Under the pieces are notes generated by a model that was not told the DNA's origin, searched no databases, and saw only the letters and a program-made list of their open reading frames with translations. 64,000 bases of DNA from Acanthaster planci (Eukaryota), in contig NW_019091358.1 in the NCBI RefSeq assembly GCF_001949145.1, forward strand, positions 1,622,240-1,686,239. The letters are read 5' to 3'. Below are positions 1 through 14,785 of the stretch, one piece after another (within the stretch, counting starts at the first letter, position 1; every line of letters starts with the position of its first letter). Made by a program: the position numbers and the translations under genes.

Positions 1-3000
1 CGACGCACGACACGACGGCAGATATGGAATTCCATACTCTTGACATACCATTCCACTGCCACAATAGACCTTTCTTTCGTGCCTCATTCCTTCTTTAGAA
101 AATAAAATGAAACATGGAGACACCACTGTTAAATATCAGTACGGATGTGAAACCCACTGACAATGTTATGGGGTGCAAACGTAACAGCTGAGAGACAAAC
201 ATACAGAAATTGCGAATCGACTTCAGTGCGCCACAAATTTTCACGGCGAAATTGTAGGTCTCTAATTTTCAGCTCCAGAGCCTAAAATTCGCAAAAAGTA
301 TTGATGTAATTTATGCAAGGTTTGTAATTTGGTTAGACTGCACAGGCCTGTCGCATGACCAACCGTTGCTTCGTGTCCTGTCAATTGCAATGCATGCTTG
401 CACGTCCAGCAATACATCCGTAGGTGTGTGCCAAGTCACGACAGCGAGCTTGTGATGGGAGTCCCCCTTCCTTTTCCCAAGTACACATCACCGGTGAACT
501 TGGTGCTAGGCCAGAGCGGAAACCCTGGATTTCGATGCCTCAAGTTGGTGAATAAAGGCAGGGTCGCGGGTTATTGCGAACCTGGCAGTTGTAGAAGTAA
601 TTACCCTCGGATTGCAGTTATCGAGGCATCGACCGCATTCTTGATATGAAAATAATTATGGTATCCTTGTATACATAGCACTGGGGGAGGGGTTTACGCG
701 TTGTGTGCGTACAACGACCTGTGCGCCTATTCCATTCATTAAAAGGGGGTGTTCATAAGGAACTGTTTCATTTAAAGCTAAAATCTCCAGCGTTTCTATA
801 GGCTTATTGAAGCACTCGTTCTATTTCCAATGTGTTCACCAGCCCTTTGTTTCATGGAGATTCTGGAAAAGGATTCCCATTTTGGCTTCTCGATCTGCTG
901 TGAATCCTGCACGCAAACACGCCTTTAATGCACATGCTGTGCCGTGATCTCCTCAAAATAATACCCCTAAAATCCACGCATAACAACGATTTATTTTGTA
1001 AAACTCCCACCTTCAGCATTGAGTTTTTTTCCTGAAATGCATGTTAAAGGCATCACCTTCAAAATGTCGTTTAAAGGAAATATTTCCCTTCAACATGACT
1101 TGCACCATTATAAAAAGTGATGCGTCTCATTCAAATTTTGTCCATTAAGTTTGGTACGCGTATAGTCATAAAGTTCTTTACTTTACGTTCGATCAAAACT
1201 TACACTACAACGCGTGGAGCTAGATGCAACACGAACAACCGACCAACATCACAGAAACCCTGGCAACAAAGTTGGCACTGCACGGTCAAAAAGGAATAGC
1301 AAGTAAACAAAATGAAACAAAATATTTATGCTAAAGACAGTTTTCAACTCGAAAATTACCTTTTCTGATACAAATGGAAGTCCCATATAAGTAATATATT
1401 ATACTACGGATTTAAACACTTGGAATCACATTTGAAATTATCAATTAAAACATCGCTAGCTGTTCGTGGTTTCGAAGACTTGTAAGAAAGAAAGGATGTG
1501 CACGCCATCGCCGTACAATACTGAATTAGAAGAGTTTGAACGTTGGGGGCGCTTGTCGCACAACTCCCTTCTGTCCCCCCCCCGCACTTGCATTCATGTT
1601 ACACCGGCAGTGGACCATTACAACGAACCATTTTTGCTTGTGTTTCCATACAATGATACACGTTGGTTCAATAATATGTTGAAAATATTTTTGAATTTTC
1701 AAAATTAAAAATGGCTTACTTCCATTCAACCGATATCTTCCACCTCAGTGAATAGTGACATGTATACCTCCCGCTGCATCGAAAATAATTCCCACTAGTT
1801 CTGTTTATATTGTCAATTACTTCTGCAAATTGCAGTTCCTGCGACACATTCCAAACTGTTCTCGTAACGAAAAGCTCCTTAATTTTTTGGATGTAGACCT
1901 TCTAGTTCACGTGCAGAAAAACTTCCGGGACGCGTTTTATCTCACTTTTTTGACAAGTCCTGCTTGCTTTGTATGACAACACAAACTGTGTCGCGTTTTC
2001 ATGTTAGAACATACCGGTAGCAGCTCGCCCAGCTTGCCCTTGCCATTTCATTTTGAATTAATCTGAAGGTAAGGGTGTCGCATCATTGACACTCTAAGTG
2101 GGCTCCCCGCGCCCTATACGGGCAGTAGTTTATTGCTTGAGCCATGGCCTTTTCATATAATCAAAGTGCGCGGGTCACTTGCCAAGTGGCTCAACACTGA
2201 CCCGAATCCGACCAAACACCCAATCGAGATATCCTCTGCGTCATTTATCATCCCGATAAGCTGAGAGCTTTGGTTTTAACGGTGGCGTGTCAAAAATCCT
2301 CCCGAGTTTTAGGTTGGCGTCGGTCGTGGTTGAAGGAATTTATTGGTACCGTAGTCAAAGAGATGCTACATGACACGGGCGGGAACCGCTCAAAATTTCA
2401 CAATGGACAAGTACACGTTTAGCTGCCGTAGAGAGAAGGGGGTATAGAGACTTGCGCTAGATACAACGCTGGTACACTAGCCTAACCACTGTGAGTGGCC
2501 GCAAATTTTCAAACAATTTAGTGAAGACGTTTATGGAAATGTATATGTATTTGAGTGGAGATTGCACTTTTCCATCTAACCGGTACGTGTGCCCAACTGC
2601 TAACACTTATCCCATTACTCCAACCAAGGAAGACTTCAACGTAAACTTCCATCCCAGCAAGTCAAGTCATTTTTCAAGAGGCTACCGTTGCCATCATTCT
2701 GTCTTCAAATTAGCGTATGATCGAATACCGACTGCTCCCAGCTCCCCGAAGCCATAAATCCGGTCCCTTACTGCTCATTCTCTACCGCATACGCTCGGCA
2801 CGGCACGTCAATTCACATCCCGTAACATCTTATCATTGTGCGCTGTCTTAATGGACACAAAATGAGTCTTACGAGTGAAAGTAAATTAACTGACGCAACT
2901 TGCCAAGTATGACCCTGACTTTTGCAGTGAATGCCCTTTTTATGATGCGGCATGTCGCGCGCAGTTAATGTGATGCATGAAGTGTGCACGTGTGTCCGTA

Positions 3001-3010
3001 CACGCATTCG

Positions 3011-3121
3011 TCAGTGATCCGTGGACAGTCCTTGCAAAAAGGGACCCGGGTTTAGCTGCTGGGGTAAGGGAGACAATTAATCTGAATGCATTGACACATG
3101 TTTCTCCCTGTGACTTCCTAG
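3011..3121 (+). promoter_or_regulatory. Possible initiator, short 5'UTR exon and 58-nt 5'UTR intron of the long isoform
   Basis: TCAGT Inr-like motif at 3011, donor-like gtaagg at 3064, and pyrimidine tract plus tag ending at 3121. Confidence 0.3.
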
Positions 3122-3158
3122 ATTGTGTTCCTCGTGTTTACTACTGTCAAAAACGACC

Positions 3159-3245
3159 ATGGCAGTCAAGAGAGTCAGCATTGTCTTAGCAATTGTGTTT
3201 GTGACATCAGCGGGCGCACTGAGCAGTCATCTCAGAACCAGGGAG
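3159..3245 (+). CDS. THSD4: ADAMTS-like (THSD4/ADAMTSL6-like) gene, coding exon 1 of long isoform: signal peptide MAVKRVSIVLAIVFVTSAGALSSHLRTRE
   Basis: ATG in strong context (gaccATGg), basic n-region, hydrophobic core and small-residue cleavage site. Consensus donor GAG|gtaagt at 3246, phase 0. Joins in frame to 17070 to give RTRE|KR. Confidence 0.85.
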
Positions 3246-3756
3246 GTAAGTGTGCTTTTATCATCCTGGTATAAATGCTTCACTATACATACTTTTTGCA
3301 GCTATCGTTTGTGCCCACTGTGTCATATGTCACCTTCGAAGAGGACAGATTATTTGTAAGCAGTTTGAATTCGTGCTCGCGTTAAAATGATTCCTTTTAT
3401 ACTACAGTTTGTTAGATATGAGTGGCTCAGTATTTGACTTTGCAGTTACATTTCGTGTGGAAACTCGATAAAAGCTGTTGCCTTCAGGAAAGGAGAGATA
3501 TAATTATCGGTTGAGGTTCGATGGGCACAAGGTAACAATGAAGTGGTGTCTATCTTCAAGTGTGCAACTCGTGTTAACACAAGTATACTCCTGAGCACAC
3601 GGAGTTCGACGTGCGGGTCAACGAGAGCACGCACCATTTTCCTTCACTCGGGAGTCAACACGACTAGCACGCGCGCACGGGCGCTAACGCTCCCATTTAT
3701 TCGAACCCCCTTTCTCCTGGGACTCGCGCGTATTCCATTCGTTTGCACTACTCTTC

Positions 3757-4095
3757 CTCCATGGTTCAAAATGACGTCACGCTTGAGCGTTGACTTCCGG
3801 TTCCCTGGTTCCATTTTCAATACTCGACTTGGGCTCTGTCTCAGGCTTCAACTGTTTTTTACTACCTGACTTTGAAGTTGTAAGCGCAATATTAAGTCAA
3901 AACATCAAAAAGATGCAAAAGAGCCAAAAGTGAATTACAGTACCTCGATTTAATTTAAACGCTTCAGGCCCACAGTCAGGGAATTAGCTTCGAAGCCTGA
4001 GACGGAGACGAAGTTGAGTATTGGAAAACAGGCATGTAACTCAATGTGAAGTGGGCGTGGTTTAAACTGAAATGACGTCACACTTCTGAACCGGA
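3757..4095. repeat. Old imperfect inverted-repeat element in intron 1 with TGACGTCA in each arm
   Basis: ttttcaatactcgacttgggctctgtctcaggcttc (~3814-3849) is inverted against gaagcctgagacggagacgaagttgagtattggaaa (~3992-4027). TGACGTCA at ~3772 and ~4073. Confidence 0.6.
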
Positions 4096-4397
4096 TTGAA
4101 GCTGCTCTTGTTCAATCATCCGCGCCAAACTTGGCTGGTACAGGCTTGAGCGTGCAGATTACTATGACAGCATGGCTTCATTAGCCTTTCAGAAGTATGG
4201 CGGACACAATAGGAGGGCGCTGTTTGAAGTGGTAAATTTGGAGCAAACACAAAAGATTTTACCCAAACTAAATTGCACCCTCCTATTGTGTCCACCATAC
4301 CTCTAAAAGGCTAATTGTGATAGCTTGATGATCAACTTGGGATACTTTGTAAGTAAATTTTATCGCGCATGAAGAAGGAGGAATACTTATACCAACA

Positions 4398-4470
4398 CAG
4401 CAAAGCCCACCAGCCCAGCCCAAGCCAACCCAGCCTCGAGCCCAGCCAAGCCCAGCACAGCACAGCACAA
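4398..4470. repeat. Degenerate pentamer microsatellite (GCCCA)n/(GCACA)n
   Basis: cagcccagcccaagccaacccagcc...cccagcacagcacagcac. Confidence 0.7.
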
Positions 4471-7400
4471 TGTCACCTTTTCTTGTATGATAACCTTTCT
4501 CTGAAGTGCAAAACATGTTTTTATATACTTCATTCGTTGAGCTGAAAGGCAACAAACGAATTTTGAAACAGTAGGCCTACATTTGGCGAATCACCTTTCT
4601 ATTTCTGCAATCGACCGAAAACAGTGTAGACTCGTGACTGCGTTTAAACAAAAATTTAGGTAATCACTTAAGTGGCACAGATGGCTAATGAACCCTTTCA
4701 AGTACAATAATCTCAAGATCATCGAGGAAGAGAGCCTTCAACATCCCAGTGAGTCACACACTGGCGTCAAGGCGTCCGCGGTTCAGTTTCAACGGGGACG
4801 CAGCGATGCTGTGCGCCTGGAAATCGTACGGGACTGTTTCGCCCAAATGACTGTTGACGTACGGCCGTCTGAGCTCAGCGGCTGACGCAGTTTAGTCTAC
4901 GTGAAGAACTGCTCTCTCCGCCCCCACCCGTCCTGGGTGGTCTCTTTGTGCGAGGAACCTTGATTTAAGCACTACCAAACTGCTGTGATTTCTTTGATAT
5001 CATGGAACTATGGTATAGCTTCATGTTTATATTGATCCAAGATTTTAATCTCAAAATACAAATTGTCGGTATAAAAGGCTAATGTGCACCTAAGCACGCG
5101 ATTAATCGTGATCATCGTCTCAAATAGTACCAATGCATGGCATGCAATGTTTCTGAAAGTGTTTTGACATTTTAGCGCTTTTTAAAAGTAACACAAATCG
5201 AATAATTGTATTTTTCCAGTCTTTCACGTTCAACTCCGCCCTCACAAATTCATGGATAGGCCTATAGGGACCACTGACACCCGTAAAATCCCACACGATA
5301 AAAGGGTCGATCCCCAAACAAGGTCTCAACATATCTCAAGAACAAATCTTTACACACAAACACTCTCAAAACAAAACAAAACAACACAACACAACAAAAC
5401 AAATAGAAAGGAAACCAACTGAAGGTCAGTGTACGCCTTCTTTATCATGCATTATTAACCTTAACCCTCAGGATGCATAAAGATTATTCAGAACTGTTAC
5501 TGTCTAAACAAAATTGATCCAGCTAATTTGAAATTCAGTCAGTTGAAAGAAAATACGAGATAATGGATCAGTGCCCAATTTCACAGCACTGCTTACTGTG
5601 GAATTCTGCGCTCGCGAGGCACCGTTAGCATAGAGTCTATTTCATGGGCTCCGTAAGCGAGGAGTCTACGCTTAAAAGGCTTGCGCAGAAACTCTGCGCT
5701 TGAAGGCCGATTTGACCTTTACAAAGGAGACAAATGGCGATTGGTCGCTGTTTTCAAGACAGAAGGCCACACATAATCCACGACCTGCAAAATCCTAATG
5801 AAAACAAGTTTAGGCCAGAATGTTAACCCGAAATATAAATCCCTCTTTGTAACGGAAGCCACAAAGATTCATCTTGTGCATCCTTAGAAATTAACAGTTA
5901 TTCACCTTGAAGGCTTTTTAAACATGTACTGTGAAGACACCAGTTACCTGTTGTGGAACTTTCCATAGAGTAACCACATGGCTTACTACATTATTCCGCG
6001 CAGCAGACGGCGAACTTTTTTTTTTTCAGTAGACGATTGCAAAACACGCATGCGCATTGACAAATATTCCTCAATAACCGTAGCAAGAATTTTTTTTTGG
6101 CCGTGAAATAGGATCGCCCACATACTAAGAATTTTCTGGTACCCGTAAGCGCCGTGAAATTGGGACCACTTTAACAACCTTGCATATTAACCTGAAGAAA
6201 AAGGGATTTCCCACCCCTGCTGAATCCAATTAAGAAATTGTTATTCCCACTCGTGTAACAGTAATTGTCACAAAGTAGACGGTTAATTGTATTATCGCAG
6301 CCGGAAGATCACAGTCAATTTCTCGACCTCCTCAAGGTTCCGTATAGGCGCCAAACGGTGGCCGAGAAGGCACTAATCCCACCCGTGGACTACCCTGTCC
6401 CCGCTGCGATCTCCACACGTCTCGTCAAAATCCACTCAGGCCCCACTTAAGCCACAAAGGAGTTGACAATTATCGAGTAAATTGAACCACCAAGTAGAAA
6501 ATAGGAATGACCTCTGATTCCATGATCGACCACTGAGGAATTAGGTAGTATTTGTAAGGGACAACCGAGCTGCGAATTTTGACTGGTTGATTCGCCCCCC
6601 CTGGTCGCTTTGATTATGTTGATTGGAAACACGTGGAATTCATTTCCATATTTCTCGCTTCTTCCCCGCTGAAGGTGCAGTCTTTTAACACTTTTAGTGG
6701 GTTGGCTGTACCCAGGCAGTGTGCATCCTATAATCCTCACTATTGATGAGTAATAGTTTATAACAGGACCCGCAGGAAGGATATTTTAGCAGAAACGGAG
6801 TGCGATATTTCGTTTACTGTGCTACCAAAAAAATAAATAAATAAATAAGCTTGACTTAACTGAACCTTCCTACTCGACCAAACACGACAGAAGCAATGCT
6901 CGGAAAAACACACCCACAAAAAAGACAGAATAAATAAACAACTTAAAAAGCAAACAAAAACAGAGAAATGACAACCCTACCTTTCATTAAAAAATTCCAG
7001 GACAGTAGCTGAGGCTCTACTTTGGATCTCCCGGTTTCACATTTATTGGACTTGTAGTTTAGGTCTTTAGCGGCATTACGGACTTTGTTCAGAGTATAAG
7101 CCAAGTTATGTTCACAGTACAAAATTGTTACTTTGATCAAAGTTCATCTTTACAAAAGTATGATAAAGTGCGGGGTTTAACGAAAACAGATTTAAAATAT
7201 TCGAGATAGGCCTAAGCCTACAATTTACAAATAAAATGGCAGGACACAAGATATATCTCGACGCTATCCGATCACGCCGTACTTCGACTTCTCAGTTGGT
7301 ATGACCTTACATGTACGTGACTCTGATGTGACCTTGAATATAATCCCTCGAAGGCCCCGGCGACACACCTGTTAGCCCCTTCAGATATAGCTCCCCGAAC

Positions 7401-9665
7401 CCCCCAGAAATGTACAACACTCGCCAGATATTTGAAGGTAGCCTAGTTATTGATGATTAAAGGATTGCTTGACTCACGGTCTTGTATGATTGACGCTCGA
7501 AATTTATCAGAGAACTCACTTCGGTGTGTTATGAACTTTACAGTAAAATTCATCGTCGTAGCAGAAAGAACCACTGATCTGTGGGCTGACCAGAACGAGT
7601 TTTCATTGTCAACAGATACCTGTGAAACGACACACCAAACAGTACAAGGTGGTAATTGATGAGCAAGCCCAATTACCAATTGGGTGAAGTTAAGGCTTAG
7701 GCCATCTTTTCTGACATGGATAAGTGAAATTCAGTTGAAGAAAACCGTAACAGAAACCTGTCTTGTCTTTAAATTGGACAGTTGTTTCTAAAACCAACAT
7801 GCTGAAACACTTTAGTTCAGACGTCGGCTCACGTAATTAGCGCGATATTAAAATTTGGATTTTTCTCAATGTGCATGTAATACATCGTTCCGAAATAAGT
7901 TCTAGTTGCACAGGTTCATCGCTTTTTATTAGGGTTTGTGAACGGCATGGGTGTTATTGCTGTAGCATGCATACTACAATAAATGTGGAATGTTAAGCTG
8001 AGCACGCAACACCTGTTATATGTACCACTTTTCCACTCATATTTCTTCTCCAAATTCGAATGTGTCAGCTTTTGATAAATCAATTCACCGATGGAATCTC
8101 GGACAATTGCTCGAAAAATCAGACTCTCAACAAGACAGCATATGGCACCAGGTGCACAAGGGCGAGGGGCTTCCAACAGGTGTTTCATCAATAGGCAACC
8201 ACCTGCCAACACCTGACAAGATCAATGACCTTTACGCTTCTCGAGGGGGACGAGATTGTTCAGAAGCACATTTCAACTTAGCGGCTATCTGACCGCCAAG
8301 TCGGGACACAGTGCATCCCGACTTTTGCTTGAATGATTGTGTTATGAGCGCTAATAGATTTTAAAATCCGAACCCTGATTGGATGATTAAGTTTATTTTA
8401 CTTGGGATGGATTTTACAGGCGCTGTTGTGAGACATAATAGGTATTTTTCCTATACTGTTGCGCAGCTACCGTCATCAAACAGCATACATAGAACATCAT
8501 ACATTCAAATTTGCTGTTTGCCTGGACTGTTTTGGCATAGTTAAATGAAGAATGCCAGAGAGTAAAGTGTAATATCCATCTGTTGACATTGTGAGAGATA
8601 GCTTTTCGCTGGTTATATCAAATGAGTTAGATTGAGTTCCGATAATCCAGGAGGCTCCGACCTAGGGCGTATGGAGTCTATGGACTGGTGCCTGTGAAAC
8701 CTGGCATATATAAGTATAATGCTAGGTTCAAATCTACTCCATAATTCATACGTTGCCTGCTTCGCTGTTGTACCTATAAAGTTAATATAAATTTCAGGAA
8801 CCTGTGCCTTCCCAGTATGTTCTTTTCAGCTTCGAATAATTCCCTTTATAAGTTCGTTCATGGCGTCCTTTGTTTTGATATAATGATCCTCGTTGCCACT
8901 GTCAGGAGCCTTAGGAAAACGATGATACCATGTCAGTTAGAGCGTCAACAATATACTGCTTTAATATGTGTGTTGCCGAAATGATCAATCATATTGCCCA
9001 ACTATGAGACGAGTCTTACTGTGCACGGGCTGCAATGTCAGATTTTGCCTGATTTTTTTTATATTTAACTTTTTATATCGTGATTTAAACGTTTCATAGA
9101 ACCACTGTCCCAGCATGACGTACGGTGATTTTTTTAGGCGTAACTCTGGACACAGTTGAGGGATTCAAAAGAACAAAATCCTTAAATACATGGGTTTTGT
9201 CATTGGCCATTTTACCCTTGCCGTTAAAGTAGGTCTTGTCAGCGCAGTTGACAGTACATTTTGCAGGAATCTGGACACCAATTTCACCGGCATGCAAACA
9301 CCACCTGACTAATGGCAAAACCATCTGAGCTGGCTCCTTCTTATTGAGTAATTATGAGAGTTGTTTCCTTCATCGGAAACATCTGAGATCGTTTTTCCAG
9401 TTTCATCGAGATTTTATACCGGTAACTCCCAAGGCCAGCTCCTCATGGAAAAGACCTATTATGGCGTGGGACTGTTTTTTAACTTGACGCCGTAAAATTT
9501 AGGTGCAATTTTGTTTTTAAATTACTCTGTCATTATAAATGTGTCGTTGCTTTAATAGTGAGCGTGACCATTTAAAATTAATCACCTTTTTGGAGCAAAC
9601 GTATTTCGGTGTTCAGAAAGAGTTACCATCCGATAAATGTTTTTGTGTCGTGTTACTATTAACAC

Positions 9666-9787
9666 ATCAACACGTATTTGTTTAAAGATAAACACCACAA
9701 CGTGTTTAGCTTTAGATTAGTGAAATCAACACGTATTTGTTTAAAGATAAACACCACAACGTGTTTAGCTTTAGATTAGTGAAATCA
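9666..9787. repeat. Perfect tandem duplication, 2 x 59 bp
   Basis: atcaacacgtatttgtttaaagataaacaccacaacgtgtttagctttagattagtgaa is repeated at 9666 and 9725. Confidence 0.92.
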
Positions 9788-12700
9788 CAACATCTTCATA
9801 AAGTGTCACCAGGAGGGTGTTTAACACTCGTTTACTGTGTACCTCTCATCAAAGGGTGATTATTACGGCGCACATGATTGGAAAAAAACTATGGGAAGAA
9901 GGCAGGTCTTATTAGTATACTTATATAAACATGTACATTGTAATTGTCATTTTTTCCCTCTTTTTTAAACACTTACTCAGAAGCAATGCCCAGGCAAAAT
10001 ACTGGTTTAGTTTTAACAACCTCGTGAACTTTTTCAGATTAATTAAAAAGAAATATTTTTCAATAACTTGCAGTGTTACCCATTGCGATTCCTCAGATGC
10101 CTCTCGCACATGATAACATGCACTCGCTGAAAATGCGCAGCTTGTGTTAACGTCTCCCTTGCGCAAGCCACATGCCGGAAACCAAAGCTCAATTGCAGAG
10201 AGAAATTTCTCCCCATCTGTGCTGCCAATTCAACATCGCCGCACCTCGCTATATCAATCCGCACTTGACGTGCATCTGTTTACCTTTGACCTAACGTCGC
10301 CCAAGGCTTGCCAGGGATTATGTTGCACATTTTCCCAGCAAAGAACGTAGGAAGTGGTGCCGCTTTGCTGTTAAACTCGCAAGATTAAGAGAGGTAGGAT
10401 TTTGGTTGGAATTCCAAACTTCACTTGACGCTGTCAGTTGCGCCGACAATGCGCAATGAACTCATGATTCAAAGTCCCATCTCACTCTCCTTCTTCCGTG
10501 TTTTCTGCTCAAACAAATACCTGAAAGTCGAAACTCAACATAAAAAGAATTAGCCTTATGAGATTCTCAAGTCGGCCGATGGAAATTGAAATTGTTTTCA
10601 CTTGGGGAATCTTAAAATTAAAAAAATGAAAGCAAGGAAATAAAAGTTTATTACCAATTAATGTTATTAATGCTGATGAATAATTTGAAATTGGTAATTA
10701 ATTATATTTAAATGTTTTAAGCCCCATTTTGAAAAAAAAAATAATGAGGCATGGAACTAACACTTGCACACAGCATGTTGTTGCACAGGTTTTTTTTTAA
10801 ATACAGCTAGGAATGGCCACTTGCAACGAGCTATCCAAGGTTTTCGCGTGAAGATCACTGTATAGGCTATCCAACCCACTATGCCAGCGTTCAGCCAAAT
10901 AGGCCCACATCGCCAAGTTGAACCTCTTTTGACACAAACTCTTGCGTGCGTTGTTCAGATCCATCTCTTTCGACAGTGTCGGCCGTGGAGCGCAACTGCC
11001 ATACTCTTATTTTGTGGTCAAGAATGTCTAACATGCTTGGGATTAAGTCTGCTACAAACTGGAATGTAAAACATTTTACGATACAAGACTGCTGCTATGT
11101 GATGATATGAGAGACTTCTTATCATCACTATCATCCAATAGGATTTGTGCCCCACACTGATAGTCATACATTCGTACTGCTTTTACTCTCTTATCTGGTT
11201 AGACAGTTGCATCATATACATGCATATGTTTATGTTTTGGCAAAACAAGGAGATTATTTGACTCCATAGTGGGCATATAATCCAAATGTAACATGAGCGC
11301 TTGCAAAGTAAACATGGACAAAGTGTAAACATTTGTTTGACCACTCATCGCTCTTTGAAGAACATGCGATTTGAAAAAGCAGAGAAATTGACAATTGCAT
11401 GAGACACCTTATTCTGTAAACAAGAAAAACGCCTATAAACTTGTATCGGTTGGCAGGAACTCTGGATGATCTTGTGAAATTAGTATTTCCCAGAGAAATG
11501 TCGAGAGGACCTCCATGGGGGCATAAATAGCATTAAGGCATTTTTGCCCAAAAATAGCAAGATGTCTCTATTTCTCAATGGATAGTCAAGTCAGAAGTAG
11601 AACCCTACCGAATTCTGAACTCCTGAAGAAATCTTCAGTTCATACTGTACAGCGTCGCATAGGCCTATAGGGCCTATACCTTCCAGTGCTTCAGTGGTGA
11701 CCAGTTTTTGAACTTTTCCAAATCATTGTTCAAATTTTACTTCTGAAAGCCATTGTCAGACTAAAATTTACACTTGTATTTAGCAAAGCCCATGAAAGGG
11801 AAAGAATGGTCACCATGCTTTAAATAGGCCATAAATTTTCACAAAATGAAAAAAAAATCTCCCCTGAAAAACCGCACGGAATTTGACATTGAACAGTTAC
11901 ACACAATGGTTGGTATGGCATAACTCAATGTCAAGAATTTCCCAGCAGGTTTAGCCCAAGGTTGTTGATTTTTGTTCGTCGTAGGATGTTCAAAACCACG
12001 AATCCTCAACACCCATCAAATAGTTTACAACTTCGCGGGCCAAGATCATAACAAAAGAGGAACTTAATCTTGGCACAGACATAACAGTAACAATAGATGT
12101 ACGATGTAGTTTGACTGTGAAACGTTTGTATATTACATTGCCACTTGATAAGCCCGACACATCAATCATTCCAGTTTGTGTGTCCTCGCCGTTTGGTCTT
12201 GTGCAAACCTTCATCACAGGTCGTTGCGGACCGTATCGTATTTGTGTATCAAGATCAACCAAAATAAGGGTTTTAACATTGAAATTTAAAGTTGATTGCA
12301 TCGCAGTGTACTTTGTGAGTTACTATATTCTTGGCCCTCTGTAATCAGGACAGTTTCTGGCCGTTCCGGTTGTCTGTATAATCACTGACAGCAAAAGACT
12401 TGTCACATATTTACTCTTATATTGTCAACTTTCTGCAGATTGACGATGGTTAATCTTCGATGACTCCTTGAACACTTTTCATGGGGATATAATGATGCGT
12501 GTGCTGAGGGTTATTTGCACCTGTGCCAATGAAAAAAGATGGTGCCAGTTGTCTGGCATCACAGTACAAGGCGTGCTTTGCTTGGAGCACTGGTTGGCAT
12601 ATAATCAGTGAATGTTCTTCCTCGAGTGACGCCTGTTCGATTCGATACGTGCTTCTAACATATTTTAATATTCATCAGGACATTATTGAGGTTCGGATTT

Positions 12701-14785
12701 TCCCCCTAGTTTTCTCTCCCTCTGTGTCCTATATAGGACATGAGAGGAAACGTCTCATAGTAAGACAGAGAACACGGCGCTCAGGAACTGGAGAGGTACC
12801 CCGACAACATGAACATCCTTCCTATTCCCGTGTTCGGGAAAACAAACCCACGGCCAAACTAATGCTATCTCTTTGCCGTCTTCATTATCGTGTTAGCCCC
12901 GTTCACCTTTTCAATTTAGGTTTCATTTGAAGGTTCCGTCATTGCTGGGATTCGCAGCTGGGGAGACCCCAAGCATTTCCAGCTCCTGAGGAGAGGTTGA
13001 TGGGCTCACATCTCCTACCGCAGCAAACGCACAGGGCTGGGACAGCATGTCGATCAAAATACATGACTGCACGCTGCAAAAGCTTAAGTGTTTACGAACT
13101 GTGGATGGAACAAAATCCCCTTTGAAGTCTGTTAAATTTTGTATCAGCACAGGCCTAAAGGAAAGGTGCAGCCCTAGTATACTGCGCTAAGTCAGGTGCG
13201 AACCTTTACGCGAATTTGGGACGTCACGGAAAGCATTCTTGCTGCAGATATAATAACACCTGATAGAGCTGAAACTCCAGCTGACTTTCCGACCCAAGTG
13301 GCGTCGTGACATCGAATTTGCGTTCGCTTTGGTGCAGAGCGTGACCCGGCCTTTATTATTTCTAAAAAGGGAGTAACATAAGGCGAGGATTGAGATTACA
13401 ATATTTACTTGCTTCCCTTTCCCAAGGAAGCAATTTCACGACCTCAACGGCAAGGGATGTGATGCATGTGCAGGGTGGTCCGAGGAATTATGTTCCGAAA
13501 CATAATTTCTGAACATCTGAGTCATATTTGACAGTGGCAATTGTTCTAAATTTTGACAGCAGATGGCATTTTTGACCTTTTTCATTTCTAGTTTAGTTTT
13601 ATTCCACAAAGAAAAACATACTCGTGGTGAGGACCATGTGGTTTATGTTATAGCATTGGGTGTTATTTCCAAGAGTGATACAGAGTGTTTTCTTATCCAG
13701 TGAGTGAACCTCCTCCAGAATTTATTTACGGCGGAATGGTGAGAACTAAAGTGCTTCAGATCTCCTTCAATAACTATGACCCCCTTCGCAGTGAATTATG
13801 TCCTCAATTGCTCCGGTACTAAACGGTATGCCACACGTGAGAGAATGTCGAGGGATGGATGAACGTTTAAAGTGTACATGTAATGTACGTGTACATGTAC
13901 TTGGTAAGTAGGTATGCACGACCGTGTTGAGCTGAAAGACGTCTCGATGCAAATGTCGATTGTGCACGCACTGCTCTGAGAATGTCCAGTTGAATGTTTT
14001 TCTTAAAACAAAATAATGCTATTTCAATGAAGTGTCCGAAGAGCTATTAGTACTTGTATGAAATGTGTTGGTGTTGTGGGGTGATAACGATGGTGACCCT
14101 TGAGATTAACCTTAATAAGGTGTACATAAAATCATTGGAATCGCTTCAGAGGACTGAGTACTGAGAAGGTCAATTTGCACAACCGTATTTTTTAATGGGT
14201 TGCCAAGGAGGAACATGACTCATTAACGCTGGTGCGAATGTGCACTTTTCTGAACTGTAATTTCGGGATAGGTTAAAATGAGTAGCCTGTGAATACATGA
14301 CTTACAGTAAGTAGCCTTGCCTCCTTAGGACTGTAGCCGTCGCGACATCCTTCTGGAGTAAATCAACCGCCGCATGGTATTCTTCAAATAAGTGAAGAGG
14401 GTGGAGTGCTTCATACGGAAACTATCTATTTAGTCTAGGAAACACCAGTGGGAGAAACTGGATCACAGCTGATGACAGGATTCATTCCGTGTCTTGAAGG
14501 AGACAACCGGACAACTGTCTCCCTCGCGTGTTTCAGGTGGTGAGTGGACGCAAAAGGTCGAGTTCGTGGCCTCACTTGGGAATACCTTGTAGCGCTGTTC
14601 GACAAAAACGGGATTTGGGTGTTTTTAACGTGTTTACGGGTTACTGTGAAGCTTGCTCGCTCCTTTTTCTCATGACATGGAATGATTTCGAAACTTTCTG
14701 TTCATCCTCCGGGGAATCAATTAAGATTACTGAGTGAAACTGGGAATTCAATTCGTTTGCGAGGGAGTTTTATGACTTCTGGTCA

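Noticed and set aside
4673..4754. ORF MNPFKYNNLKIIEEESLQHP followed by donor-like gtgagt at 4749, as an extra exon
   Set aside because: The donor would be phase 1, incompatible with the phase-0 acceptor at 17070. The acceptor is weak, there is no signal peptide, and inclusion would break the REKR junction.
9666..9787. Repeats as CRISPR-like arrays (also 39081-39629 and 31898-32045)
   Set aside because: No unique spacers between identical repeats, no cas genes, and a eukaryotic intron context.
11990..12301. 103-aa minus-strand ORF, possibly a decayed transposon protein
   Set aside because: No motif I can recognise, and stops flank it. A profile search would be needed to say more.
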